The notes under the pieces: generated by a model | Told to the model about the DNA's origin: nothing | Seen by the model: only the letters and a program-made list of their open reading frames with translations | The model's database searches: none | Program-made: the position numbers and the translations under genes | Assembly (NCBI GenBank): GCA_964605355.1 | Contig: CAZSCE010000001.1 | Span: forward strand, 103 to 64,102 | Length of the DNA stretch: 64,000 bases | Source of the DNA: an uncultured Candidatus Saccharibacteria bacterium | GTDB lineage: Bacteria; Patescibacteriota; Minisyncoccia; Phycocordibacterales; GWA1-40-21 | Direction of reading: 5' to 3' | Shown: positions 8,913 to 17,600 of the stretch, piece after piece | Layout of the letters: every line of letters begins with the position of its first letter | Position numbering within the stretch: the stretch's first letter is position 1

Positions 8913-9926
8913 CTAACGTTTTGCTATGATTGATTTCTTATAGACGTCTAAATGTTCCAAAGCAATACCAGTGCCTTTGGCCACACAGTACATAGGATCT
9001 TTAGCAACGGCGGCTTTTACACCAGTTCGGCGGAAAACAAGTTCAGCTAAATTTCTTAATTGAGAAGAACCGCCTGTCATAATTATTCCTTGATCAATAA
9101 TATCAGCGGCCAATTCTGGTGGCGTTTCCTGCAACACATCTTTTATTGCTTTAATCATATCTCGTAATTCCTTGGAGATAGCTTTTACAATTTCATTAGT
9201 TTTTATTTCTGCAGTTCTTGGCAATCCGGACAAAAAGTCTCGGCCTTTTATGGTCATAGTTAATTCCTCTTCCATAGGCACAGCTGAACCAACAACAATT
9301 TTTATTTCCTCCGCGGTTTTATCTCCAATAGCCAAGTTAAAAGTTTTCTTTATATAATCAGCAATAGCATAATCAATTTTATTCCCCGCACACTTTACAG
9401 AAGTTGAAGCCACAATTCCCCCCAAGGAAATCACCGCCACATCCGTGGTCCCTCCACCAATATCCACCACCATATGACCCATGGGCTCCTGAATTGGAAT
9501 ACCGGCACCAATAGCGGCTAAAATAGGTTCTTTCACCACATATGCATTTTTAGCGCCGGCTTTCATGGCGGCTTCTATCACCGCGCGTCTCTCTGTGGAG
9601 GTAACACCGGCCGGTACGGACACCATCACTTCTGGTTTAAATAAATTCCATTTACCAAGTGCCTTATCAATAAAATAACGCAACATGGCCTCAGTCACAC
9701 GGTAATCAGCAATCACACCGTCCTTCATAGGCCGATAAGCAATAATACTGTCCGGAGTTTTACCAAGCATTTTCTTGGCCTCTACCCCCACCGCCAAAAT
9801 TTTATTATCCTGTTCAGATACGGCCACCACAGAAGGTTCAAACAAAACCACCCCTTTACCAGGTAAAAAAACCAGAGTATTAGCCGTTCCTAGGTCAATT
9901 CCAATTTTTTTGGTGAAAAATGACAT
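8913..9926 (-). CDS. second MreB/Mbl-like actin homologue
   Basis: IGIDLGTANTLVF...VVDIGGGTTDVAVISLGGIV...MTGGSSQLRNL are the same actin-fold motifs as in the mreB at 4014..5084. It is a paralog and is not linked to mreCD. Confidence 0.8.
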   Translation of the reverse strand: MSFFTKKIGIDLGTANTLVFLPGKGVVLFEPSVVAVSEQDNKILAVGVEAKKMLGKTPDSIIAYRPMKDGVIADYRVTEAMLRYFIDKALGKWNLFKPEVMVSVPAGVTSTERRAVIEAAMKAGAKNAYVVKEPILAAIGAGIPIQEPMGHMVVDIGGGTTDVAVISLGGIVASTSVKCAGNKIDYAIADYIKKTFNLAIGDKTAEEIKIVVGSAVPMEEELTMTIKGRDFLSGLPRTAEIKTNEIVKAISKELRDMIKAIKDVLQETPPELAADIIDQGIIMTGGSSQLRNLAELVFRRTGVKAAVAKDPMYCVAKGTGIALEHLDVYKKSIIAKR

Positions 9927-9985
9927 ATATTAGCTTTAATATAGCACTTCTTATTTTTTTTACAATCTTATGCTATACTCGCCAT

Positions 9986-11281
9986 ATGAATTTTCAAATT
10001 GAAGGCGGGCACAAATTATCAGGCACAGTAGTAACCAAAACCTCAAAAAATGGGGCCATGGGCGTTATTTGTGCTTCCCTATTAAATAAAGGAAAAACAA
10101 TTATTAAAAACGTGCCTAAAATTGAGGAAGTTTTCAGAATGATAGAAGTTTTAGAAAGTATTGGTGTCTCCGCAAAGTGGAATGACGCTGATTTAGAAAT
10201 ATTACCAGGCAAAATTAATTTAAAAAATATTAATAAAGAAAGTGCGGAGAAAACCCGAAGTATTATTATGCTGATTGGCCCACTGATTCACCTTTTGAAA
10301 AAGTTTTCCTTACCACAACCAGGTGGCTGTAATTTAGGTTCACGAACCTTGAAGCCACATTTATTTGCGTTACAAAAATTTGGTGTACAAATTGAAACTA
10401 AGAAATGTAGTTACAATGTCAGCCGTGGAGCATTACAACCAAATGAAATTATTTTATATGAAAGCGGTGACACCGTGACGGAAAATACCATTATAGCCGC
10501 CGCCTTAATTCCTGGAAAAACCGTTATAAAATATGCTTCTGCCAATTATATGGGGCAGGAAGTTTGTTTCTATTTACAGAAATGTGGAGTAAAGATTGAG
10601 GGTATTGGCACCACCACTATTACTGTTCATGGAGTAAAAGAAATTAATTCTCCAGTCACCTATTATCTATCAGAAGACCCAATTGAGTCTATGTTTTTTA
10701 TTTCTACCGCTATTGTCACTAAATCAAAATTAAAAATAAAACGCTGCCCAATTGATTTTTTGGAACTGGAGCTTTTAAAATTAGAAAAGATGGGTTTGAA
10801 ATATTCCAAATCAAAAGTTTATAAATCATTAAATAAGGAAACAAATTTAGTAGACTTAATTATCTTTTCTTCAAAATTAATAGCCTTGGAGGAGAAAATT
10901 CACCCTAGCGTCTATCCGGGAATAAATATGGATAATTTACCTTTCTTTGCCATTATTGCCACTCAGGCGGAGGGCACTACCTTGATTCATGATTGGCCTT
11001 ATGAAAAAAGAATGATCCATGTCAAAGATATTGATAAGCTGGGTGCTGATACAAACTTGGTTGATTGTCACCGCTTATATATAACTGGTATTACAAAATT
11101 AAAACCAGCGGAAATTATCTGCCCTCCAGCTCTACGCCCCGCCGCTATCCTGCTTATTGGTATGCTAGCTGCCAAAGGCCGCTCCATGCTCAGAAACGTG
11201 TATAGTATTAACCGCGGTTATGAAGATATTGCCCTCCGCCTCAACGCCCTCGGCGCCAAAATAAATATCTTGAAAGATTAG
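9986..11281 (+). CDS. murA: UDP-N-acetylglucosamine 1-carboxyvinyltransferase
   Basis: MNFQIEGGHKLSGTVV...NGAMGVICASLL...CNLGSRTLKPHL...LRPAAILLIGMLAAKG are MurA/EPSP-fold signatures. The start is set at the ATG 9986 (MNFQIEGG), not the track start 9920. A TGnTATACT box sits 10 nt upstream, so the mRNA is leaderless. Confidence 0.9.
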   Translation: MNFQIEGGHKLSGTVVTKTSKNGAMGVICASLLNKGKTIIKNVPKIEEVFRMIEVLESIGVSAKWNDADLEILPGKINLKNINKESAEKTRSIIMLIGPLIHLLKKFSLPQPGGCNLGSRTLKPHLFALQKFGVQIETKKCSYNVSRGALQPNEIILYESGDTVTENTIIAAALIPGKTVIKYASANYMGQEVCFYLQKCGVKIEGIGTTTITVHGVKEINSPVTYYLSEDPIESMFFISTAIVTKSKLKIKRCPIDFLELELLKLEKMGLKYSKSKVYKSLNKETNLVDLIIFSSKLIALEEKIHPSVYPGINMDNLPFFAIIATQAEGTTLIHDWPYEKRMIHVKDIDKLGADTNLVDCHRLYITGITKLKPAEIICPPALRPAAILLIGMLAAKGRSMLRNVYSINRGYEDIALRLNALGAKINILKD

Positions 11282-11286
11282 GGTTT

Positions 11287-13218
11287 TTGTGCCAGTATAT
11301 AGGCCTGATGAAATTACTGAGCGTTATACCCATATCGCGAGGAATTAACAAGGAAAGCTTGTCATATTTTACCGGCTCAGACATTTCCGTGGGATCTGTG
11401 GTAAAAGTCCCCTTAAGGAAGAAAATCATCCCCGCTATCGTTATTTCTGCTGAAGATGTGGCTGATGTAAAAGCCGAGATTAAAAATGCCAGTTTTGAAA
11501 CTCGCAAAGTAGAAAAAATAAAGTCCTCCACCTTATTATCAAAAGAATTTATGGCCGCTGTTTCTGAGACCGCAGTATTTTTTGCCAGCACTTCCGGCAG
11601 TGTATTACATTCTGTTGTGCCCAAAACCATTATTGAGGAAGCGGATAAAATTAAATGTAGTATCCGTGAATTAAAAGGCCAGCGCATCCACGAGAAATTA
11701 GTAATTCAATGTGATGACGAGGAAAGATATGCTACCTATAAAAGTTTGATCCGCGAGGAATTTGCCAAAGGCTACTCCGTTTTTTTCTGCTTACCCACTA
11801 TTCAGGATATTAAAAAAGCACTTGAAAAATTATCCAAAGGGATAGAGCAATATACTTTTGTTCTTCACAGCCTATTATCCCAAAAAGAACAACTGGAGCT
11901 TTGGAACAAGGCGGCCAATGAGGAACACCCATCCCTAATTATTTGTACCGGCTCATTTTTAGGTATCCCCAGAAATGATATTGGCACCATAATTGTGGAC
12001 AAAGAAAATACCCGTTCCTATAAAAGCCAAAGCCGGCCTTTTGTGGATATGAGAAACTTTGCAGAAACCCTGGCGGAAAAAATTAAGGCTAAAATAGTTT
12101 TTGGAGATTTACTTTTGCGGACAGAAACAATTTATCGACACACGGAAGCGGAGATATTTGAAGTGGCGCCTTTGAAATTCCGTTCCCTCACTACGGCAAA
12201 TTTAAAGTTAATAAATATGCGGGAAACTTTACCAGGGAATATTGAAACCGGTAAGGAAGGTAAAGAACCAAAATTTAAATTATTTAGTGATGATTTATTA
12301 AACTTGATTAAAGATAATCAGCTAAATGATGAAAACTTGTTTATTTTTGTGGCCAGACGAGGGCTTTTCCCCTCTACCGTTTGTGCGGATTGTGGCAGCC
12401 TCATCCGCTGTAATTCCTGTGGCGCGCCCACCGTTTTACACAAGGCACCAAGTGAGAACTTTTTCCTTTGCCACCGTTGTGGTGAACACCGCAGTGCCAT
12501 GGAAAAGTGTAATAATTGCCAGAGCTGGAGACTATCCACTTTTGGTATTGGGATAGAGGCGGTAGAGGAAGAATTAAAAGAAAGGTTTCCCAATATCAAA
12601 ATATTTAAGGTTGATTCTGATAGCGCCAGCACTCATAAAAAGGCCCTGGACACTATGGCTAAATTTTATGCTTCCCCCGGTAGTATATTACTGGGCACGG
12701 AAATGGCCTTATTATATTTAAAAGACTCGGTAGCTAATACTGCTGTGGTTTCTATTGATTCATTTTTCTCCATCCCAGACTTTAGGGTAAATGAAAAAGT
12801 AATGAATATATTATTAAAGATTCGCGCCGCTTCATCTAGAAACTTTTTAGTGCAAACCCGTGATATAGAACAAAAAATATTAAAGTATGCGCTGGCGGGA
12901 AACTTGGCAGACTTTTACCGTGATGAGATCAAAGAAAGAACCAGCCTGGCTTACCCACCTTTTTCTATACCAATAAAAATAACCCTGCAGGGTGACAAAA
13001 AAACCGTTTTGGCCGGCATGGAGAATTTACAAAAAGAGATGGCCCCATTTGAGGTGGATATTTTCCCCGCCTTTATCCCCATCCAGAAGGGCAAATTCAG
13101 TATGCACGGATTAATAAAAGTTAAACAGGGTGAATGGGTGGATCAGGAATTATTAAATAAGCTGAATTCCCTTTCCCCAAGCTTTACTGTGAATGTTGAC
13201 CCCGAGAGTCTTTTGTAA
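11287..13218 (+). CDS. priA: primosomal protein N' (PriA)-like, with degenerate helicase ATP-binding motifs
   Basis: The PriA N-terminal 3'-DNA-binding region, the Cys-rich zinc region (CADCGSLIRCNSCGAPTVLH...CHRCGEH...CNNCQSW) and the C-terminal domain are all present. The Walker A position reads QCDDEERYATYKS instead of GxxGSGKTEVY, and the DEEH box reads DKEN. Confidence 0.8.
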   Translation: MCQYIGLMKLLSVIPISRGINKESLSYFTGSDISVGSVVKVPLRKKIIPAIVISAEDVADVKAEIKNASFETRKVEKIKSSTLLSKEFMAAVSETAVFFASTSGSVLHSVVPKTIIEEADKIKCSIRELKGQRIHEKLVIQCDDEERYATYKSLIREEFAKGYSVFFCLPTIQDIKKALEKLSKGIEQYTFVLHSLLSQKEQLELWNKAANEEHPSLIICTGSFLGIPRNDIGTIIVDKENTRSYKSQSRPFVDMRNFAETLAEKIKAKIVFGDLLLRTETIYRHTEAEIFEVAPLKFRSLTTANLKLINMRETLPGNIETGKEGKEPKFKLFSDDLLNLIKDNQLNDENLFIFVARRGLFPSTVCADCGSLIRCNSCGAPTVLHKAPSENFFLCHRCGEHRSAMEKCNNCQSWRLSTFGIGIEAVEEELKERFPNIKIFKVDSDSASTHKKALDTMAKFYASPGSILLGTEMALLYLKDSVANTAVVSIDSFFSIPDFRVNEKVMNILLKIRAASSRNFLVQTRDIEQKILKYALAGNLADFYRDEIKERTSLAYPPFSIPIKITLQGDKKTVLAGMENLQKEMAPFEVDIFPAFIPIQKGKFSMHGLIKVKQGEWVDQELLNKLNSLSPSFTVNVDPESLL

Positions 13219-13230
13219 TATATTATAAAT

Positions 13231-13803
13231 ATGAAGAAAAGTAATTTAGGAAAAACAGCAGTAGAAATTGTCCAAAAAGGCGTGCCGGTATTGAGAGATA
13301 CGGCCCGGAATGTTTTGGCGGAAGAAATATCGGGCCCCAAAATTCAAAAGATTATTGCTGATATGATTGCCGCCCTAGACTCTCAGGATGACGGTGTGGC
13401 TATTGCGGCCCCGCAAATTGGTGTCCCGCTCCGAATATTTGTGGTTTCCAGAAAGGCTGAATTACTAATGAAAGGCGTAGAAAATATTGCCGAGAAGGAT
13501 TTAAAGAATTTAAAATATCCAGTATATATTAATCCAGAAATCAAGAAATTATCCAGGACCAGGGTGCGCGTGGATGAAGGCTGTCTCTCTGTTCGTTATT
13601 TATATGGCAAGGTGGAAAGAGCAGAAAAGGCCACTGTCACGGCTTATGATGAAAATGGCAAGAAATTTACCAAGGGGGCTAGTGGTTTACTAGCCCAGAT
13701 ATTTCAGCACGAAATTGATCACCTAAATGGTATATTATTTATTGATAAAGCAGATGATATTGTAGAGGTTTTACCAGAAAGGAAATCACCAGATGATAAA
13801 TAA
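13231..13803 (+). CDS. def: peptide deformylase
   Basis: GVAIAAPQIGVPLRIFVV (motif 1), EGCLSV (motif 2) and QHEIDHLNG (motif 3, the metal-binding HExxH). Confidence 0.9.
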   Translation: MKKSNLGKTAVEIVQKGVPVLRDTARNVLAEEISGPKIQKIIADMIAALDSQDDGVAIAAPQIGVPLRIFVVSRKAELLMKGVENIAEKDLKNLKYPVYINPEIKKLSRTRVRVDEGCLSVRYLYGKVERAEKATVTAYDENGKKFTKGASGLLAQIFQHEIDHLNGILFIDKADDIVEVLPERKSPDDK

Positions 13804-14659
13804 AACTAATATTGCCTTTTTTGGAAATTCAAAATTCTCGGTTTTTTGTTTGGAAGAAATGAAAAATCAGGGTTTGACACCAGCGGTGGTTATTACCACA
13901 CCAGATAAACCCACGGGGCGAAAAATGCTTTTAACTAAAAGCGAAACCAAAGTGTGGGCAGAAAATAATAATGTGCCTTTCATAGAACAAGATAAATTAA
14001 AAGATGAAACTTTCCTAGAAAAACTAAAACAATATGATTTATTTCTTGTGGCCTCATACGGCAAAATCGTGCCAAAAGTTATTCTGGATATGCCTAAATA
14101 TGGTGTTTTAAACATCCACCCATCCCTATTGCCAAAATACCGCGGCCCTTCCCCACTTCAGGAACAAATTCTAAATGATGAAAAAAATGTGGGTGTGACC
14201 GTGATGCTTATGGATGAGCAAGTGGATCATGGACCAATTATTGCTCAGGAAAAACTGCCTGCCCCGAGCCTGTTGAAGGGGCCGGCTAATTTGATTGAAC
14301 TAAAAGAAATCACTGCAAAAACCGGAGTAAAATTGCTGGTAGAAAATTTAGATGCTTGGATTAATAAAAAAATAGAAGCAGAAGAGCAAGATCATGATCA
14401 AGCTACTTTTACTAAAAAGGTGGAGAAGAATGATGGTTTATTAGACCTAGAATTTGGGAAGCCTTATGAGAATTATTTAAAAACCAAGGCTTATTACCCC
14501 TGGCCCGGCACTTTCTTCTTTATTTCTAAGGGTGACAAAAAAATCCGTGTGGTTATCAAGGAATCAGAATATATTGACGGGGCCTTTCATATCCTAAAAG
14601 TTATCCCCGAAGGTAAGAAAGAAATGAGTTATGGTGATTTTCTTCGTGGTCTAAATTAA
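13793..14659 (+). CDS. fmt: methionyl-tRNA formyltransferase
   Basis: The formyltransferase N-domain (IAFFGNS...VLNIHPSLLPKYRGPSPLQ) and the C-terminal Fmt domain are present. The gene is adjacent to def, the usual def-fmt order, and overlaps it by 11 nt. Confidence 0.9.
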   Translation: MINKTNIAFFGNSKFSVFCLEEMKNQGLTPAVVITTPDKPTGRKMLLTKSETKVWAENNNVPFIEQDKLKDETFLEKLKQYDLFLVASYGKIVPKVILDMPKYGVLNIHPSLLPKYRGPSPLQEQILNDEKNVGVTVMLMDEQVDHGPIIAQEKLPAPSLLKGPANLIELKEITAKTGVKLLVENLDAWINKKIEAEEQDHDQATFTKKVEKNDGLLDLEFGKPYENYLKTKAYYPWPGTFFFISKGDKKIRVVIKESEYIDGAFHILKVIPEGKKEMSYGDFLRGLN

Positions 14660-14660
14660 A

Positions 14661-14729
14661 AAAACCTCAGGAATTTCCTCGTAGTGATTAGTCCGCGTTA
14701 AACGGAGAGGATTTTCCTGAGGTTTTTTT
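14661..14729. terminator. long bidirectional hairpin AAAACCTCAGGAA..TCCTC / GAGGA..TTCCTGAGGTTTTTTT
   Basis: An imperfect stem of about 20 bp lies between convergent fmt and the PPIase gene, with T/A runs on both sides. Confidence 0.6.
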
Positions 14730-14731
14730 GA

Positions 14732-15388
14732 TTATTTTACAATCACCTTTGTCACAATAACTGGTGTGAGTGGTAAATCATTTTGACCAGTTTGGGAATT
14801 TTCAATTTTTTCCACCACATCCATACCTGCCGTCACCTTACCAAACACAGTGTGTTTACCAATGAGCCATGGTGTCTCTAGTGCAGTGATAATAAAGAAT
14901 TGGCTACCGTTAGTATTTGGACCAGAATTTGCCATAGCTATCATACCCTTTACCATTGGTAAACTATTTGGCTCATCGGCAAACTTATAACCAGGACCAC
15001 CAGTACCATAAACAGAGGCATCATCACCCTTGGTATATGGATCCCCGCCTTGGATCATAAAACTCTTGATCACCCGGTGAAATTTGGTATTATCATAAAT
15101 ACCGTCTTGAGCTAGCTTTACAAAGTTAGCCACTGTCTTTGGTGCCTTGGCCGGATAAAGCTCTAAATCAATATTTCCTAAACTGGTTTCTATAGTTACT
15201 AATTGTTTTACTTCGGCCATAACTTTTATTGTTTTAACTTCTTTATTTTCTATTAAAGCGGTTGACGTTCCGGTTTGAGAAGCAGGTTTACTTACGCCGG
15301 AGGCATAACCAATTACTAAAACGATAATCACAATAACTATCACATAAAAAATTGCCCCTGGATTAATTATTTTTTTCCAATCTTCCAT
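14732..15388 (-). CDS. cyclophilin-type peptidyl-prolyl cis-trans isomerase, membrane-anchored
   Basis: N-terminal TM helix, then HRVIKSFMIQGGDP...GTGGPGYKFADE...FFIT...HTVFGKV, the cyclophilin signature. Confidence 0.85.
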   Translation of the reverse strand: MEDWKKIINPGAIFYVIVIVIIVLVIGYASGVSKPASQTGTSTALIENKEVKTIKVMAEVKQLVTIETSLGNIDLELYPAKAPKTVANFVKLAQDGIYDNTKFHRVIKSFMIQGGDPYTKGDDASVYGTGGPGYKFADEPNSLPMVKGMIAMANSGPNTNGSQFFIITALETPWLIGKHTVFGKVTAGMDVVEKIENSQTGQNDLPLTPVIVTKVIVK

Positions 15389-15394
15389 AAATAT

Positions 15395-15745
15395 TTACTC
15401 TTGGTCACTAGACATAAAGCCTTTTAATAAATTCTTGATTTGCGCTCCACCCCGCTTTAGCAAACTCACTTTTTTATCTTTGTTTGACTGCAGGGCGTGC
15501 ACCATATCGTCCTTGGCAATATCAATAGAAGCAAATAATTCACCTTGCTCTGATACTGCGCGTAAGTTTTTACCTGAAATGTGGAGGTTTATTTCTGTCC
15601 TAAATACATCACCATTTTTATGATGATTTGAAACTTTACCAAGCTCTACGTCACATAAGGCACTACTATCTGTGGGGTCTATAAATTTTTCCAAATGTGC
15701 CAGTTTCTTATAAAGATAATCCTTTATATCAGGCGTAATCTGCAT
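15395..15745 (-). CDS. hpf: ribosome hibernation promoting factor / RaiA family
   Basis: MQITPDIKDYLYKKLAHLEKF... resembles the HPF N-terminus. The start is set at the internal Met (15745), which matches the canonical MQ(I/L)xITG-type HPF start. Confidence 0.75.
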   Translation of the reverse strand: MQITPDIKDYLYKKLAHLEKFIDPTDSSALCDVELGKVSNHHKNGDVFRTEINLHISGKNLRAVSEQGELFASIDIAKDDMVHALQSNKDKKVSLLKRGGAQIKNLLKGFMSSDQE

Positions 15746-15779
15746 ATTTGTCCCTTTTTCATTTATAACCATATATTTA

Positions 15780-16481
15780 TTATTTAGCTAATAAACCATC
15801 AATGGTGGATTTTACGGAAGCATATGGCTGCGCACCATTAATAGAATAATTACCATTCTTGGTAATTATAACACTCCAAGGTGTACCCTGACCGCCAGTT
15901 AACTGCGCGTTTTGAACATCAGCCTCTATTTTTGCATCATATTTACCACTACTTAAGCAAACATTAAATTTAGCAACATCTAGACCCACATATTCAGCAA
16001 TCTTTGGTAATTCAGCAGCGTCCAATCCATTATTAGCCGGGGTAATACCATATAATCTATCAGTATATTCCCAGAATTTATCATTTCCACCAAGCTCATT
16101 TGCACACTCCTGAGCTGCAGCTTCTAACCTAGACTTTGGGTGAAGCTGATCAAGTGGTGAGTGCCTATAAACCCAAGCCACCTTACCTGCCTTACCATAC
16201 TCTTCAATTATCTGCTTCATGGTGGTATGAAAACGGCTACAGAAAGGGCACTCAGTATCAGAATATTCCACAACAATAACCGGGGCATTTGGATTACCTC
16301 TAATATGATCATCAGCAGATACTGGTCTGACTTGAGCAAGTCCTGGTGCCGTGACAACTGGTGCCACGGGCGCACTAGGGCTATCTACTTTTTTACCACC
16401 GCCAAAAAACATAGCGCCAGCAATAATAACTCCTGCTAAAACAATAGCTATTGGTGTTGAATAATTTGATTTATTTTCCAT
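15780..16481 (-). CDS. DsbA-family thiol:disulfide oxidoreductase, membrane-anchored
   Basis: N-terminal TM helix and a Pro/Ala-rich linker. The CPFC active site sits in the motif SDTECPFCSRFH, and the C-terminal part has a thioredoxin-fold composition. Confidence 0.7.
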   Translation of the reverse strand: MENKSNYSTPIAIVLAGVIIAGAMFFGGGKKVDSPSAPVAPVVTAPGLAQVRPVSADDHIRGNPNAPVIVVEYSDTECPFCSRFHTTMKQIIEEYGKAGKVAWVYRHSPLDQLHPKSRLEAAAQECANELGGNDKFWEYTDRLYGITPANNGLDAAELPKIAEYVGLDVAKFNVCLSSGKYDAKIEADVQNAQLTGGQGTPWSVIITKNGNYSINGAQPYASVKSTIDGLLAK

Positions 16482-16571
16482 AAATTATAACTAATTAATT
16501 AATAATAAACTAAGTATATCACATTTATAATTTACCTGCCAAAATTTTTATCAGATAAAAACTTAGGCGGG

Positions 16572-17510
16572 TTAATCAAAAAATACGCCTAAATAATTGT
16601 TGATTTTTCTTTGGTCAAGATCGTAAAAATAATCTCCACTTCTGTGAAGCCTCTCAGCTAAATCAACCCCCACAAAACGCCAATGCCATGGTTCGTAAAC
16701 ATAGTAGGAATTACCTTTAGGATAAGATAATATAAAACCATATTTATAAGCATTTTTATTTAACCAGGTATAAGCCTCAGTTTTATCAAAGGTGTCAAAA
16801 GTGTCCTTTAGAACTGCTGTGGTAAAATCTATAGTAGTACCTAATTGATGTTCTGAATAACCCTGATCAGCAGAAAATTGATTTGCTGTCCCCGCTCCAT
16901 AAATAATATTATAAGTAGATTTCAAGGCTGATTGATCACCAAATGATCTATAAGCTGAGATAACTTTTATATCAATACCATCATCAGTAGCTGCTTTTAG
17001 CATTTTTTCTAAAAAAGGCTCCACCTTCCCATAGAACTGATATTTTTTACCATCTTTGTAAACATATTCACTTGGAATATTATCTAAGGTGGCTGGAGTA
17101 TAATTTTCATTTAAGAAGAAAACCTTGGAATATTTCTGTAGTAATTGCGGATCAACCTTACTTAATTTATCCAGAGCCACCGCGGTATCATTTACTTGCT
17201 CCACCTGATCAAGCAAATCACTAGTCTGACTGATCTGATCCTGCACAGTACTATTTAACAAATTGTTTTGGGCCACAATACCGGTAATTTGTTCCTGCAA
17301 ACCCTGAATAGCCCCGGTAAAGGCAACAGTGGTACTAGCTACTTTTTGATTCTGGATCTCAACTGCTTTTTTCAAGGAATAGTTACGGTACTCACCAAAA
17401 CCTATAATTAAAGCCACTAAAACCACCACCCCCATAGTAATAAACACATGATAAGCGGTAAAAACTCGGTGCATCATATCCCTAAATTTTTTTAATTTTT
17501 CCATAGGCAC
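16572..17510 (-). CDS. VanY-type D-alanyl-D-alanine carboxypeptidase (peptidase M15B), membrane-anchored
   Basis: ISAYRSFGDQ, YSEHQLGTTIDF and EPWHWRF are the three zinc/catalytic motifs of VanY/M15. There is an N-terminal TM helix and a coiled-coil-like Gln-rich linker. Confidence 0.7.
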   Translation of the reverse strand: MPMEKLKKFRDMMHRVFTAYHVFITMGVVVLVALIIGFGEYRNYSLKKAVEIQNQKVASTTVAFTGAIQGLQEQITGIVAQNNLLNSTVQDQISQTSDLLDQVEQVNDTAVALDKLSKVDPQLLQKYSKVFFLNENYTPATLDNIPSEYVYKDGKKYQFYGKVEPFLEKMLKAATDDGIDIKVISAYRSFGDQSALKSTYNIIYGAGTANQFSADQGYSEHQLGTTIDFTTAVLKDTFDTFDKTEAYTWLNKNAYKYGFILSYPKGNSYYVYEPWHWRFVGVDLAERLHRSGDYFYDLDQRKINNYLGVFFD

Positions 17511-17600
17511 ATTATAGCACTTTTTCTCTCCACAAGGAATTCACACTTTATACCCGTATTGGATTTGTGGCTTTTAAAAAACATATGCTAAAATGCCAGC

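Noticed and set aside
9920-9985. Track start of murA at 9920 (MTYISFNIALLIFF...)
   Set aside because: The canonical MurA N-terminus begins at the Met at 9986 (MNFQIEGG). A TGnTATACT -10 box lies inside the extension, which also overlaps the divergent mreB-paralog start.
14661-14729. Possibility that the long fmt/PPIase intergenic hairpin is another copy of the REP-like element or a riboswitch
   Set aside because: It lacks the conserved 37-nt core. It is best explained as a long bidirectional terminator between convergent genes.
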